Positions 54,129 to 63,833 of a stretch of 64,000 bases of DNA are shown piece by piece. A program made the position numbers and the translations under genes. How positions within the stretch are numbered: position 1 is the stretch's first letter; each line of letters opens with the position of its first letter. The notes under the pieces are model-generated. The model did no database searches. It had not been told where the DNA came from and worked only from the letters and a program-made list of their open reading frames with translations. The stretch covers positions 11,617-75,616 of the forward strand of contig CAKOOH010000005.1 in NCBI GenBank assembly GCA_934098485.1. Direction: 5' to 3'. Source of the stretch: an uncultured Bacilli bacterium. GTDB taxonomy: Bacteria > Bacillota_I > Bacilli_A > RF39 > UBA660.

Positions 54129-56057
54129 ATGAAAAGAAATATAGTGGTTTTGCTCATTGTAACTATCAATTTAATTTGTTTATATCGTATTATTTCCTTA
54201 AATCAAAATAATGCTTATACCATAAATAATTCCGTATTTGAAGGTTTAACTGCCCCAAGAGGGCGCATTCTTGATGTAAAAGGCAATATTTTAGTGGACA
54301 ACATTGGTGTCAAATCTTTAGTCTTTAATAAACTTAATATTAAAAATAGTGAAGTTATAACTATCAGTGAAAAACTCGCGGAAATAATTGATATTAATGA
54401 AAATCTAACTGACTATGATAAAAGATATTATTACTATTTAAATAATAAAAATGAAATAGATAAATTAATAAGCAGTGATTCTTTAAAAAAATACGAAGAA
54501 AGAAAAATTAGTTCTAAAGACATTTTAGAAGAAAAATTATCTTTAATAAGTGAGGAAAAATTAAATAAAGTAAATTCTAAAGCTGCTTATATTTATAAAT
54601 TACTAACAGATGGTTACAGTTATGAAGATAAAATAATCAAAAAAGATTTAACTAAAGAAGAATATAACAAGGTAAATAGCATGGATTTAAAAGGCATTAG
54701 AACTGAAATAACTTGGGAGCGTTACTATCCATATAAAAGTTTACTAAGAGATGTATTAGGTGTAGTATCATCATATAAACAAGGAATTCCTTACGAACTT
54801 AAAAATTATTATCTTAAAAAAGGTTACAAATTAAACGACCGAGTAGGAGTTACCAACTTAGAATATATTTATGATGATTATTTAAAAGGAACTAAAGCAA
54901 AGTACGAAGTTAAAGATAATAAAATAACTAAAATAAAAGACGAAGAAAAAGGTAAAGACTTAGTCTTAAGTATTGATATTAATATGCAAATGGATATTGA
55001 AAAAATCATGGAAGAAGAAATGCTTACGGCTAAAAAAGAATATAACACTAAATATTATAATACCTCATATATGGTAGTTAGTAATCCCGTTACTGGTGAA
55101 GTTATTTCTTTAATTGGAAAAAATTTAAATGATGATCAAACCTTTAATGACTACTCTTATTATAATGTTATAAATTCTTTTACAATTGGTAGTGCGGTAA
55201 AAGGAGCTAGTATTTCTGTCGGTTACAACAATCATATTATTGATGAAAATACTAAAGTAAAAGATGGCTGTGTTTATTTAAAAAATCAAGGTGGCAAATG
55301 TTCTTGGAAAACTTTAGGAGTTATGAATGATATTGAAGCCCTTCGCATGAGTAGTAATTATTTTCAGTATCTAATCGCCGTTGGCTTAACTGGTCATAAA
55401 TATAAAGCGGGATTAACTTTAAATGCTAATAAAAGTCATTTTGACATATACCGAGATACCTTTGCATCATATGGCCTTGGGACTAAAACTAATATTGATT
55501 TAATAAATGAAAGTACTGGTCAAAAAGGCACAACTTACAGTGATGATTTATTACTTAATATGTCTATTGGCCAGTACGATACCTATACGCCTATTAGCTT
55601 AAGTCAGTATATAAATACCATTGCTACGGGAAAGAGAAAAGAATTATCTTTACTTAAATATGTTTTAAATAATGATGGCTCAATCTACTATGAAAAACAA
55701 AATAAAGTTTTAAATAAACCCTTAATTGAAGATAAATATTTAGACCGCATTAGAAAAGGCTTGTATGAGGTAAATAAAAGTGGTACTGGTTATTCATATA
55801 CAACTCATAAATTTACATCTGCTGGCAAAACAGGTACTGCCGAAAGTTTTATGGACACAGATTTAGATGGTAAAATCGATAAACAAACTGTTTCAACTTC
55901 CTATATTATGTATGCACCCTTTGAAGAACCTAAATTTAGCATAATAATTGTTAGTCCTAATATAAAATATAAGAATAATGTATCTAATTATAAATATCCT
56001 ATAAATGCTAAAATAATGAGAAGAGTAAGTACTTTAGTTTATGATAATTATGCTTAA
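54129..56057 (+). CDS. Class B penicillin-binding protein (PBP2/FtsI-like transpeptidase)
   Basis: N-terminal TM. Transpeptidase motifs SAVK (SxxK) and KTGTAE (KTG). Confidence 0.85.
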   Translation: MKRNIVVLLIVTINLICLYRIISLNQNNAYTINNSVFEGLTAPRGRILDVKGNILVDNIGVKSLVFNKLNIKNSEVITISEKLAEIIDINENLTDYDKRYYYYLNNKNEIDKLISSDSLKKYEERKISSKDILEEKLSLISEEKLNKVNSKAAYIYKLLTDGYSYEDKIIKKDLTKEEYNKVNSMDLKGIRTEITWERYYPYKSLLRDVLGVVSSYKQGIPYELKNYYLKKGYKLNDRVGVTNLEYIYDDYLKGTKAKYEVKDNKITKIKDEEKGKDLVLSIDINMQMDIEKIMEEEMLTAKKEYNTKYYNTSYMVVSNPVTGEVISLIGKNLNDDQTFNDYSYYNVINSFTIGSAVKGASISVGYNNHIIDENTKVKDGCVYLKNQGGKCSWKTLGVMNDIEALRMSSNYFQYLIAVGLTGHKYKAGLTLNANKSHFDIYRDTFASYGLGTKTNIDLINESTGQKGTTYSDDLLLNMSIGQYDTYTPISLSQYINTIATGKRKELSLLKYVLNNDGSIYYEKQNKVLNKPLIEDKYLDRIRKGLYEVNKSGTGYSYTTHKFTSAGKTGTAESFMDTDLDGKIDKQTVSTSYIMYAPFEEPKFSIIIVSPNIKYKNNVSNYKYPINAKIMRRVSTLVYDNYA

Positions 56058-56162
56058 AACTAAAAAATTCCTTCATAAAGCCACATAAAACTCATAATTT
56101 ATATTGATAAACCTTTAAAATATATGATATAATACTAAGGCAATGAAAAAGGAGGAATAACC

Positions 56163-56330
56163 ATGGCTAAGAAAAATGAAAATCGTGAAAGCATTGAATT
56201 AAAATGCAGCGTTTGTGGTTCATTTATAAGACCAAGTGAAAAAAATAAAGCAAACACTCCAGATAAGTTAGAAATTAAAAAATTCTGTCCAAAATGTAAA
56301 AAAGTCCAAGTGTTTAAAGAGAAAAAATAA
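56163..56330 (+). CDS. rpmG: 50S ribosomal protein L33
   Basis: 55 aa MAKKNENRESIELKCSVCGS...KKFCPKCKKVQVFKEKK with two CxxC pairs. Ribosome-binding site AAAGGAGG. It was not in the ORF track because it is short. Confidence 0.9.
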   Translation: MAKKNENRESIELKCSVCGSFIRPSEKNKANTPDKLEIKKFCPKCKKVQVFKEKK

Positions 56331-56345
56331 TAAAGGAGTAATTTT

Positions 56346-56906
56346 ATGAATGTTAATATTAATGATATTAAAAACGGTATGACTTTAATTCTAGATGGAA
56401 ATTTATGCATGGTTATCGATTTCCAACATGTTAAACCCGGAAAAGGTCCTGCTTTTGTAAGAATTAAATATCGTAATCTAAGAACTGGTGCTACAGTTGA
56501 AGATACATTTAATACAACTCTAAAATTAGAAAAGGCTCATGTTGATAAATTACATATGCAATATCTATACAAACAAGGTAATGACTATGTATTTATGAAT
56601 ACTGATGATTATAGCCAAATGGAAATTAACGAATCTATCATTGGTGATGATGTTAAATTCCTAAAAGAGGGTTTAGAAATTGAAGTTCAAATGTATCAAG
56701 GTGAAATATTAGGTATTGTTTTACCAGAAAAAATTGAATATACAGTAACTGAAACAACTGATGCTGTAAAAGGTAATACAACTAATAACGCTATGAAAGA
56801 TGCTACTATTGAAAGTGGTTATGTAATAAAAGTTCCTATGTTTATCTCTCAAGGAGAAAAAATTATTGTAACTACTAAAGATGGTAAATATTCATCAAGA
56901 GCATAA
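56346..56906 (+). CDS. efp: Elongation factor P
   Basis: 186 aa. KPGKGPAFVRIKYRNLRTG contains the conserved modified-Lys loop. Confidence 0.95.
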   Translation: MNVNINDIKNGMTLILDGNLCMVIDFQHVKPGKGPAFVRIKYRNLRTGATVEDTFNTTLKLEKAHVDKLHMQYLYKQGNDYVFMNTDDYSQMEINESIIGDDVKFLKEGLEIEVQMYQGEILGIVLPEKIEYTVTETTDAVKGNTTNNAMKDATIESGYVIKVPMFISQGEKIIVTTKDGKYSSRA

Positions 56907-56921
56907 TACCAATATATAATT

Positions 56922-56972
56922 AAAAAGTCTATGGTTTTACTACTACACGTGGTTAATACCATAGACTTTTTG
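56922..56972. terminator. Terminator hairpin (AAAAAGTCTATGGT...ACCATAGACTTTTT), module copy 2
   Basis: 14-nt arms. It is homologous to 21402-21449. Confidence 0.55.
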
Positions 56973-56988
56973 TATGTGCAATATTAAC

Positions 56989-57018
56989 TTGACGTGTGGG
57001 GTGGGTTATTAGTATAAT
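56989..57018 (+). promoter_or_regulatory. Sigma-A type promoter TTGACG-18-TATAAT, module copy 2
   Basis: Homologous to 21466-21494. The shared leader GAAAATATCGGG(G/A)GTGA follows. Confidence 0.6.
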
Positions 57019-57047
57019 TAAAGTGAAAATATCGGGAGTGATTTATT

Positions 57048-58673
57048 ATGCATATGAATATAGTCAGTGACAAAATTGGTACGTTTTTAAACTATGTTAA
57101 AAAGGATAAGAAGCTTTTGCTTGTGTTAATAATTACTATTTTAGTTTTACTTTCTTTAATATTAAACATTGCTTTTAGTTTTCTTTTACAAAAGACCGAA
57201 AAACCTAGTACAAATATTACTGTCGGCGATTTAAAATATAGTATGGTAATTAACAATGTTAATTTAAATTCTTCGGTAGGAACAAAACTACCGACTAACA
57301 CAATCATTGGTGATCGAATAATAGTGTTAAAAAGTAAAAAAACCGAGCAGTTTAATATTGTATTAACATCAAATAACGATAAAAGCACTTATTATGAAAT
57401 AATTTATCATGTTTGTTCCGATGAAAACTGTACTAGTTTTATCGATACTCCCGAAACAATTCAAATCGCGTACCATGTTGATTCACTTTCTCCCATTACC
57501 GATTTAATCGCATCTAATGAATCAAGAACAATCACCATTGTAACTGATAATCAATCTACTCAAGATTATTACGTAGAAGTGGATTTAAATGTTGGATATA
57601 AACATAATAAATTAGTCCTTCAAAAACAGATAACTAATAAATTTACGCCGCCATATTTAAGTGGTAACTTAGATATAATTGCGACCGTTAATGGGGAAGA
57701 AATAGATGGATTTCCTACGGAGCCAGATTATGAAACAAATTTTGTCTGCAAAGAAAATGATGGTACTATTTCTAAGGCCAAAGGTATTTTTAGATACACA
57801 GCCGCTAATGGTTGGGAATTTGATGTTTATGGTCTAACTAGAAATCATACAACTTGTTATATTTCATTTACAAGTACAGAGTATGTAGTAACTTATGAAC
57901 TATTATCAACTAGACTAGATTGTGCTAATATTACGGCTAAACCAGACGAACCGATAATTACCTATACTGGAAACTGTGATATAACTTCAGAAACCGAAAA
58001 AACTGATGGAAGTCACAGATGGAAATTAAAATTTACCACAAGTGGCACTCTTTCTATAAGAGGCCAAATGTTTGTTGATGCATTCCTAGTAGGTGGCGGC
58101 CAAGGAGGAGCCAAAAAAGGAGTTGGTGGTGATGGTGGAAAAACAATTAGATATAATACCGTTAGACTTGCTAATGATGATACTTACACTGTAACAATTG
58201 GTGCCGGAGGCGCTGGTGGTGTAGAAGGTAGCACGAATGGTAAATTAGGAAGCCCTAGCACATTGATTTCCAGGACTTCAGCCGAAAACTTTTCTTTAAC
58301 TTCCGCAAATGGTTATGATACTAACGCTGGCGGTGCTGGTGGGTCAGACGATGATGCTAGTAATAATAAACCAGGGCAGTGCCGTACAGACAAATACTCA
58401 GCTGAATTTCACGATCCAACTTCTGGTATTTATTATGCCGGTGGCGGTGGTGGAAGTGGTGGCCAAAAAAGCTGGTACTCTAGCGGTCAATATTGGTATA
58501 GGGACATTGCTGGCGGTTCATCATGCGGTGATGGTGCTAGTGCCGGAAGTAGTGATGGGGAAAATCCTGCCGATCCAGCCGAAGATAATACCGGTGCTGG
58601 TGGCGGTGGCGGTCGTTTTGCTGGAGGTACTGGTGGTAGTGGAATTATTATAATTCGTGATACTAGAGCGTAA
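57048..58673 (+). CDS. Membrane-anchored protein with a C-terminal ALK/LTK-type glycine-rich domain (PF12810-like)
   Basis: N-terminal TM. The C-terminal 280 aa carry GGG-rich blocks (VGGGQGGAKKGVGGDGG, AGGGGGSGGQ, GAGGGGGRFAGGTGGSG) interspersed with a WEFDVYG start, as in glycine-rich domains. Confidence 0.6.
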   Translation: MHMNIVSDKIGTFLNYVKKDKKLLLVLIITILVLLSLILNIAFSFLLQKTEKPSTNITVGDLKYSMVINNVNLNSSVGTKLPTNTIIGDRIIVLKSKKTEQFNIVLTSNNDKSTYYEIIYHVCSDENCTSFIDTPETIQIAYHVDSLSPITDLIASNESRTITIVTDNQSTQDYYVEVDLNVGYKHNKLVLQKQITNKFTPPYLSGNLDIIATVNGEEIDGFPTEPDYETNFVCKENDGTISKAKGIFRYTAANGWEFDVYGLTRNHTTCYISFTSTEYVVTYELLSTRLDCANITAKPDEPIITYTGNCDITSETEKTDGSHRWKLKFTTSGTLSIRGQMFVDAFLVGGGQGGAKKGVGGDGGKTIRYNTVRLANDDTYTVTIGAGGAGGVEGSTNGKLGSPSTLISRTSAENFSLTSANGYDTNAGGAGGSDDDASNNKPGQCRTDKYSAEFHDPTSGIYYAGGGGGSGGQKSWYSSGQYWYRDIAGGSSCGDGASAGSSDGENPADPAEDNTGAGGGGGRFAGGTGGSGIIIIRDTRA

Positions 58674-58698
58674 ATAAAAAACATTGGGTGATTTTAAT

Positions 58699-60990
58699 AT
58701 GAGAAATTTTCCATATAAAAGAAAAATAATATATATAGTTTTAATTATCATGGGAATTATTACATTAACTGGTACAACCTATGCGATATTTACAACAACA
58801 ACTACGCAAGAAGGAACAAATACAATTAATCTTTTAAAGTGCTTAGAATTAGAGTTTTCTAATCAAAAAAATATTATCAATTTAACAAATACCTATCCTA
58901 TGCGTGATGAAAGAGGAAGTAAAAATCCTCCATATACATTTACTTTAACAAATAAATGTGGAATATATTTAGAATATTCAATCGGATTAGCGGTAAACAA
59001 AAATAACACCTTAGAAGACAAATATGTTAAAACAATTTTTTCCCTTTCAAATAATGATGGTGAACCTGTTTTATTAACAGACAGACAAGAAGGAAACACT
59101 TATAATGATAGAAAAACATATATTTTTAGAAATGATGGTTTAGAAAACGGGGAGAGCAAGGATTACAAATTAGTATTGTGGCTAGATGGAACTGCCAGTG
59201 ACTCTGAGATGCAAAAAAGTTTCACTGGTAATATAATAATTAATACAAAGCCAATTAAAAATGAAGATCAAAAAACAATAACTGTCGATTTAAATGGTGG
59301 AAATTTATTACAAGAATTAAACGAAGTATATAGAGAAGGAATGAAAATAAAATTACCCGTGCCAGCCAAAGCCGGATATCATTTTGATAAATGGGAAATA
59401 ACTGCGGGCGATGCTACCATTGATAAAAATAACTATTTAACTATTGGCAAAGAGAATATCACTTTAAAAGCCTATTATGCCGGTGGTGTAACTCTTACAT
59501 TAGAATTAAATGGTGGAAATACTACACAAACCTTTAAAGAGGATTATGGTCAAGGTGAAACAATAACGTTAATAGAACCAACAAAAGAAGGCTATTTATT
59601 TGGCGGTTGGAAAATCATAAGTGGAAATGGAATAATAAATGGTAGCACCTTAACAATGAATACCGAAAGTGTCGTAATAGAGGCAATTTGGAAAAAACAA
59701 GTAACTTTAACAGTAGAACTTAATGGTGGGAGAACTACGCAATCTTTTAAAGATGAATACTTTGAAGGCGATAAGATAACTCTAAATGAACCAACAAAAG
59801 AAGGTTATTTATTTGGTGGTTGGAAAATCACCAGCGGTGATGGAATAATAAATGGAAATATATTAACAATAAGTGCAGAAAACATAAAACTAGAAGCAAC
59901 TTGGAAAAAACGAGTAACTTTAACTGTCGATTTAAACGGTGGCATTACTACTCAAAATTTTAAATCAGCATATGGTGAAAAAGATGAAATTACCTTAACC
60001 ATTCCCACAAGATCGAATATTGCATTTATCGGTTGGGAGATAGTATCTGGGGATGCTACAATAAATAATAATAAACTAATCTTTGGATCAAACGATGTAA
60101 GCATTAGAGCCTTATGGCGAGAAACATGGACTTTTGACTTTACGGGTTCGGAGCAAACATTTACTGTGCCATATAGAGGCGTGTATAAACTAGAAATATG
60201 GGGAGCGCAAGGTGGAAGTGTTTCTTATTCAGGAACCTATAATGGTGGTTATGGGGGATATTCAAATGGTAGTATTAATTTAACTAAGAACGAAGTACTA
60301 TATATTAATGTAGGCGGTTCTGGAAGTGGTGGAGTAGCAACATCTTCATATTCCGGAGGATATAATGGTGGTGGCTCTACTAATGAAACTAGGGGCACAG
60401 ATCATTATCATGCATCAGGTGGTGGCGCTACGCATATTGCCAATGTTTCTGGAATATTATCATCTCTATCATCAAAAACTAGTAATATTTTAATTGTTGC
60501 TGGCGCTGGCGGTGGCGGCTACCGACATACTGAATCAGAAAAATATTCTAGTATAGGCGGTTCTGGTGGTGGCATACAAGGCACTGATTCAACTACCAAT
60601 GGTAGTAATGGTAAACAAGGATTAGGTGGATATCAAACCGCTGGTGGGAAATATGAAGGTGGCAGTGGTTCTAGCAGTATTTTTGGAAGTTTTGGCCAAG
60701 GTGGAACGCCAGGTAACTCTTGGGGCTCTGCTGGTGGCGGCGGCTTTTATGGCGGTGGTGCATCTAATGGCGATGTTGGATCAAGCGGTAATAGCGGTGG
60801 TGGCGGTGGCTCTGGTTATATTGGAAATTCGCTTCTTTCAGATAAAGTAATGTATTGTTATAATTGTACATCATCATCTGAAAATGCCACAAAAACCATA
60901 TCAACTACATGTACGAATTCATCAGCCACAGAAAACTGTACAAAACAAGGTAACGGCTATGCAAGAATAACATTTATAAATTTATCATAA
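58699..60990 (+). CDS. Secreted/surface protein: SipW-cognate-type signal + TasA-like N-domain + Flg_new (Listeria-Bacteroides) repeats + ALK/LTK-type glycine-rich domain + Cys-containing tail
   Basis: N-terminus MRNFPYKRKIIYIVLIIMGIITLTGTTYAIFTTTTTQEG. Repeated LNGG.TTQ.F...GE.ITL.EPTKEGYLFGGWKI.SG Flg_new units from about 59278 to 60120. Glycine-rich-domain blocks follow: WTFDFTG...YINVGGSGSGG...HASGGGATHI...IVAGAGGGGY...GSAGGGGFYGGGASNG...NSGGGGGSGYIGNS. Confidence 0.7.
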   Translation: MRNFPYKRKIIYIVLIIMGIITLTGTTYAIFTTTTTQEGTNTINLLKCLELEFSNQKNIINLTNTYPMRDERGSKNPPYTFTLTNKCGIYLEYSIGLAVNKNNTLEDKYVKTIFSLSNNDGEPVLLTDRQEGNTYNDRKTYIFRNDGLENGESKDYKLVLWLDGTASDSEMQKSFTGNIIINTKPIKNEDQKTITVDLNGGNLLQELNEVYREGMKIKLPVPAKAGYHFDKWEITAGDATIDKNNYLTIGKENITLKAYYAGGVTLTLELNGGNTTQTFKEDYGQGETITLIEPTKEGYLFGGWKIISGNGIINGSTLTMNTESVVIEAIWKKQVTLTVELNGGRTTQSFKDEYFEGDKITLNEPTKEGYLFGGWKITSGDGIINGNILTISAENIKLEATWKKRVTLTVDLNGGITTQNFKSAYGEKDEITLTIPTRSNIAFIGWEIVSGDATINNNKLIFGSNDVSIRALWRETWTFDFTGSEQTFTVPYRGVYKLEIWGAQGGSVSYSGTYNGGYGGYSNGSINLTKNEVLYINVGGSGSGGVATSSYSGGYNGGGSTNETRGTDHYHASGGGATHIANVSGILSSLSSKTSNILIVAGAGGGGYRHTESEKYSSIGGSGGGIQGTDSTTNGSNGKQGLGGYQTAGGKYEGGSGSSSIFGSFGQGGTPGNSWGSAGGGGFYGGGASNGDVGSSGNSGGGGGSGYIGNSLLSDKVMYCYNCTSSSENATKTISTTCTNSSATENCTKQGNGYARITFINLS

Positions 60991-61002
60991 AAATACCCAT
61001 GA

Positions 61003-61045
61003 AAAGACAAAAAGATTTATGCGTATAATTTGTATAAATCTTTTT
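61003..61045 (+). terminator. Rho-independent terminator (AAAAAGATTTAT-n13-ATAAATCTTTTTT)
   Basis: Read directly after the stop at 60990. Confidence 0.55.
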
Positions 61046-61094
61046 TATAATATGAAATCGATAAAAAATGATATATATTATCGGTATATAATAG

Positions 61095-61168
61095 TTGCTT
61101 AAATTTGAAAATAGTCTAAAATTTAAGCAAGATTTAAGCAAGATTTAAGCAAGATAAATTGCTTAAAT
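61095..61168. repeat. Operator-like array: TTGCTTAAAT ... three tandem (G)ATTTAAGCAA units ... TTGCTTAAAT, upstream of the Fic gene
   Basis: Three direct 11-bp repeats flanked by their inverted copies. A -10 GATATAAT follows at about 61181-61188. Confidence 0.8.
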
Positions 61169-61211
61169 CCCATTTTTACGATATAATAAATAATAATGAA
61201 GGTGATTTACT

Positions 61212-62210
61212 ATGGATAATTATAATCCACCATTTACAATTACTAATACAATGCTTGATTATATCTCATCAATAATGGAAAAAATCGGTAAAATTGATAA
61301 TTATACTTATTTGGAAAAAATGCCTAATCTTAGAAGAAATAATAAAATTAAATCTATTCATTCATCTTTAGCGATTGAAGCAAATTCATTATCACTATCT
61401 GAAGTTAAAGATGTAATTGCTGGCAAATATGTTTTAGGCCCCCAAAAAGAAATCCAAGAAGTATTAAATGCCTACAAAGCCTATGAAATGATTAAAGAAG
61501 TTAATCCTTATTCTTTAAAAGATTTAAAAATGGTTCACGGCGTCATGACTGAAAAAACCATTATACTATCTGGAAAATTTAGAACTGGTGGCGAAGGTGT
61601 TTTTGATAGTAAAGGACACTGCATTCATGTCTGTCCGCCGGCAAAACAAGTAGAACCTTTAATGGTTCAACTGTTTGCTTGGATTAAAAATAACAAAGAT
61701 ACTATCCATCCTTTAATATTATCATCAGTATTCCATTATGAATTCGTATTTATTCATCCATTTGCTGATGGTAATGGAAGAATGGCTAGATTATGGCAAA
61801 ATATATTATTAACAAACTGGAAAGATTTTTTCGAATATTTACCAATTGAAACAAGAATAAAAGAATATCAAAGTGAATACTATGCTGCAATTTCCCATTG
61901 TCATGAAGCAGCAAGTTCAAATGAATTTATTGAGTTTATGTTAAAAATGATAGATGAAGTACTTGAAAGCTTAGTAAAAGTGACAAGAGAAAATCTAACT
62001 GAAAAAGATATTAACGTTAATAAACTACTAAATATAATGACTATAAATGTACCCATGAGCGCTTATGAAATAATGGAAAAATTAGAAATAAAATCCAAAG
62101 AAACTTTAAGATCAAAATATTTAGATCCAGCAATTGAAGAAGGCTTAATTCTTTTAACAATTCCTGATAAACCAACTAGTAAAAACCAAATGTATTATAA
62201 AGCAAAATAA
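61212..62210 (+). CDS. Fic-family protein with the canonical HPFADGNGRMARLW motif
   Basis: Complete HxFx(D/E)GNGRxxR motif. An N-terminal SLAIEAN segment resembles, but does not exactly match, the inhibitory (S/T)xxxE(G/N) helix. Confidence 0.8.
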   Translation: MDNYNPPFTITNTMLDYISSIMEKIGKIDNYTYLEKMPNLRRNNKIKSIHSSLAIEANSLSLSEVKDVIAGKYVLGPQKEIQEVLNAYKAYEMIKEVNPYSLKDLKMVHGVMTEKTIILSGKFRTGGEGVFDSKGHCIHVCPPAKQVEPLMVQLFAWIKNNKDTIHPLILSSVFHYEFVFIHPFADGNGRMARLWQNILLTNWKDFFEYLPIETRIKEYQSEYYAAISHCHEAASSNEFIEFMLKMIDEVLESLVKVTRENLTEKDINVNKLLNIMTINVPMSAYEIMEKLEIKSKETLRSKYLDPAIEEGLILLTIPDKPTSKNQMYYKAK

Positions 62211-62269
62211 AATCATTAGGCCTCTTGATTTATATTTAAAATATGTGTTAAAATAAACGAAGAAAACGA

Positions 62270-62470
62270 AGATATAGGACAATAATTAAGAATGTTTTAT
62301 AGAAAGTTAGTGGCTGATGGAAACTAATAAACTACTTAATTTATCTACCTATTAGTGGTGTTAATCGCACCCGGCCTAGCCGTTATTATAATAAAGTAGT
62401 TTAAGGATGGTACCGCATTTATATGCTCCTTTGGTATCATCTTTTTTATTTTATTTAAGGGCTAATCTAT
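62270..62470 (+). ncRNA. Probable T-box leader of serS
   Basis: T-box-like AAGGATGGTACCGCA, followed by an overlapping terminator GATGGTACC...GGTATCATC + T6. It is located directly upstream of serS. Confidence 0.5.
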
Positions 62471-62491
62471 TATTAAGAAAGGATGATAAAA

Positions 62492-63775
62492 ATGATAGAT
62501 ATTAAATTAATTAGAGAAAACAAAGAATTAGTAAAAGAAAATATCAAAAAGAAATTTCAAGATGAAAAATTACCTTTAGTTGATGAAGTTCTTGAACTTG
62601 ATAAAGAAGTTAGAGAAGCAAAATTAAAAGGTGATAATTTAAGAAGCGAAAAAAATAATCTTTCTAAAAGCATTGGTATGCTTATGAAAGAAGGAAAAAA
62701 AGAAGAAGCTGAAAAAATAAAGCAAAAAATTGCTGATATGGACGCGCAAATCAAAATCTTAGAAATATCTGAAGAAAAAAAGAATGCTTTAATAAAAGAA
62801 AAAATGATGGTAATACCTAATATAATTGACCAATCAGTTCCGATTGGCAAAGATGATAGTGAAAACGTTGAAGTTGAAAAATTTGGAGATCCTTTAGTTC
62901 CAACATATGAAATTCCGTATCACGCTGATATCATCATGAATTTAAATGGGATGGATAAAGATGCTGCTGGGCGTACTAGTGGCGAAGGTTTTTATTACTT
63001 ACTAGGTGATATAGCTCGTTTACATGAAGCTATGATTGCTTATGCCAGAGATTATATGATTGCTAAAGGATTTACATATGCTATTCCGCCATTTATGATT
63101 CATGCTAATGTTGTTACCGGGGTTATGTCTTTTCCGGAAATGGAAGCCATGATGTATAAAATTGAAGGCGAGGACTTATACCTAATTGGCACATCCGAAC
63201 ATTCTATGATTGGTAAATTTAAAGATCAAATGCTAAAAAAAGAGGAATTACCAATTAAAATGACTTCATACTCTCCTTGCTTTAGAAAAGAAGGTGGCTC
63301 TCACGGCTTAGAAGAAAGAGGTTTGTATCGTGTTCATCAGTTCGAAAAAGAAGAAATGATTGTTCTTTGCGAACCAGAAGATTCTATGAAATATTATGAA
63401 GAAATGTGGAAATACACTGTAGAAATCTTTAGAAACTGGTGCGTTCCTGTAAGACAATTAGAATGCTGCTCTGGTGATTTAGCCGATCTAAAAGTTAAAT
63501 CATGCGATATCGAAGCATGGAGTCCTAGACAAAAGAAATATTTTGAAGTAGGTTCTTGTTCAAATTTAGGAGATGCTCAAGCAAGAAGATTAGGAATAAG
63601 AGTAAAAGGTGAAAATGGCAACTATTTCTTACATACTCTAAATAACACCGTTGTCGCATCGCCTCGTGGACTAATTGCTGTATTAGAAAATAATTATAAT
63701 GAAGATGGCAGCGTTACTATTCCGGAAGTTCTAAGACCATATATGGGTGGTTTAGAAAAAATACAGCCAAAGTAA
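62492..63775 (+). CDS. serS: Seryl-tRNA synthetase
   Basis: N-terminal coiled-coil arm and class II core (FRKEGGSHGLEERGLYRVHQFEKEE, GSCSNLGDAQARRL). The start is taken as the 4th codon of the track ORF (MIDIKLIREN). Confidence 0.95.
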   Translation: MIDIKLIRENKELVKENIKKKFQDEKLPLVDEVLELDKEVREAKLKGDNLRSEKNNLSKSIGMLMKEGKKEEAEKIKQKIADMDAQIKILEISEEKKNALIKEKMMVIPNIIDQSVPIGKDDSENVEVEKFGDPLVPTYEIPYHADIIMNLNGMDKDAAGRTSGEGFYYLLGDIARLHEAMIAYARDYMIAKGFTYAIPPFMIHANVVTGVMSFPEMEAMMYKIEGEDLYLIGTSEHSMIGKFKDQMLKKEELPIKMTSYSPCFRKEGGSHGLEERGLYRVHQFEKEEMIVLCEPEDSMKYYEEMWKYTVEIFRNWCVPVRQLECCSGDLADLKVKSCDIEAWSPRQKKYFEVGSCSNLGDAQARRLGIRVKGENGNYFLHTLNNTVVASPRGLIAVLENNYNEDGSVTIPEVLRPYMGGLEKIQPK

Positions 63776-63796
63776 TTTTTTGAAATTATCGTATAA

Positions 63797-63833
63797 ATAA
63801 TAAAAATCTCAAAGTATCACGCTTTGAGATTTT
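63797..63833. terminator. Bidirectional terminator (AATCTCAAAG-tatcac-GCTTTGAGATT + T-run)
   Basis: Read directly after the serS stop. Confidence 0.6.

Noticed and set aside
58309-58653. Plus-strand 114-aa ORF (also 58487-58751 minus, 60626-60850 plus, 22797-22997 plus)
   Set aside because: These are alternative-frame ORFs inside the glycine-rich-domain and TasA-like genes. GGT/GGC-rich coding sequence produces long stop-free frames, so they are artefacts.
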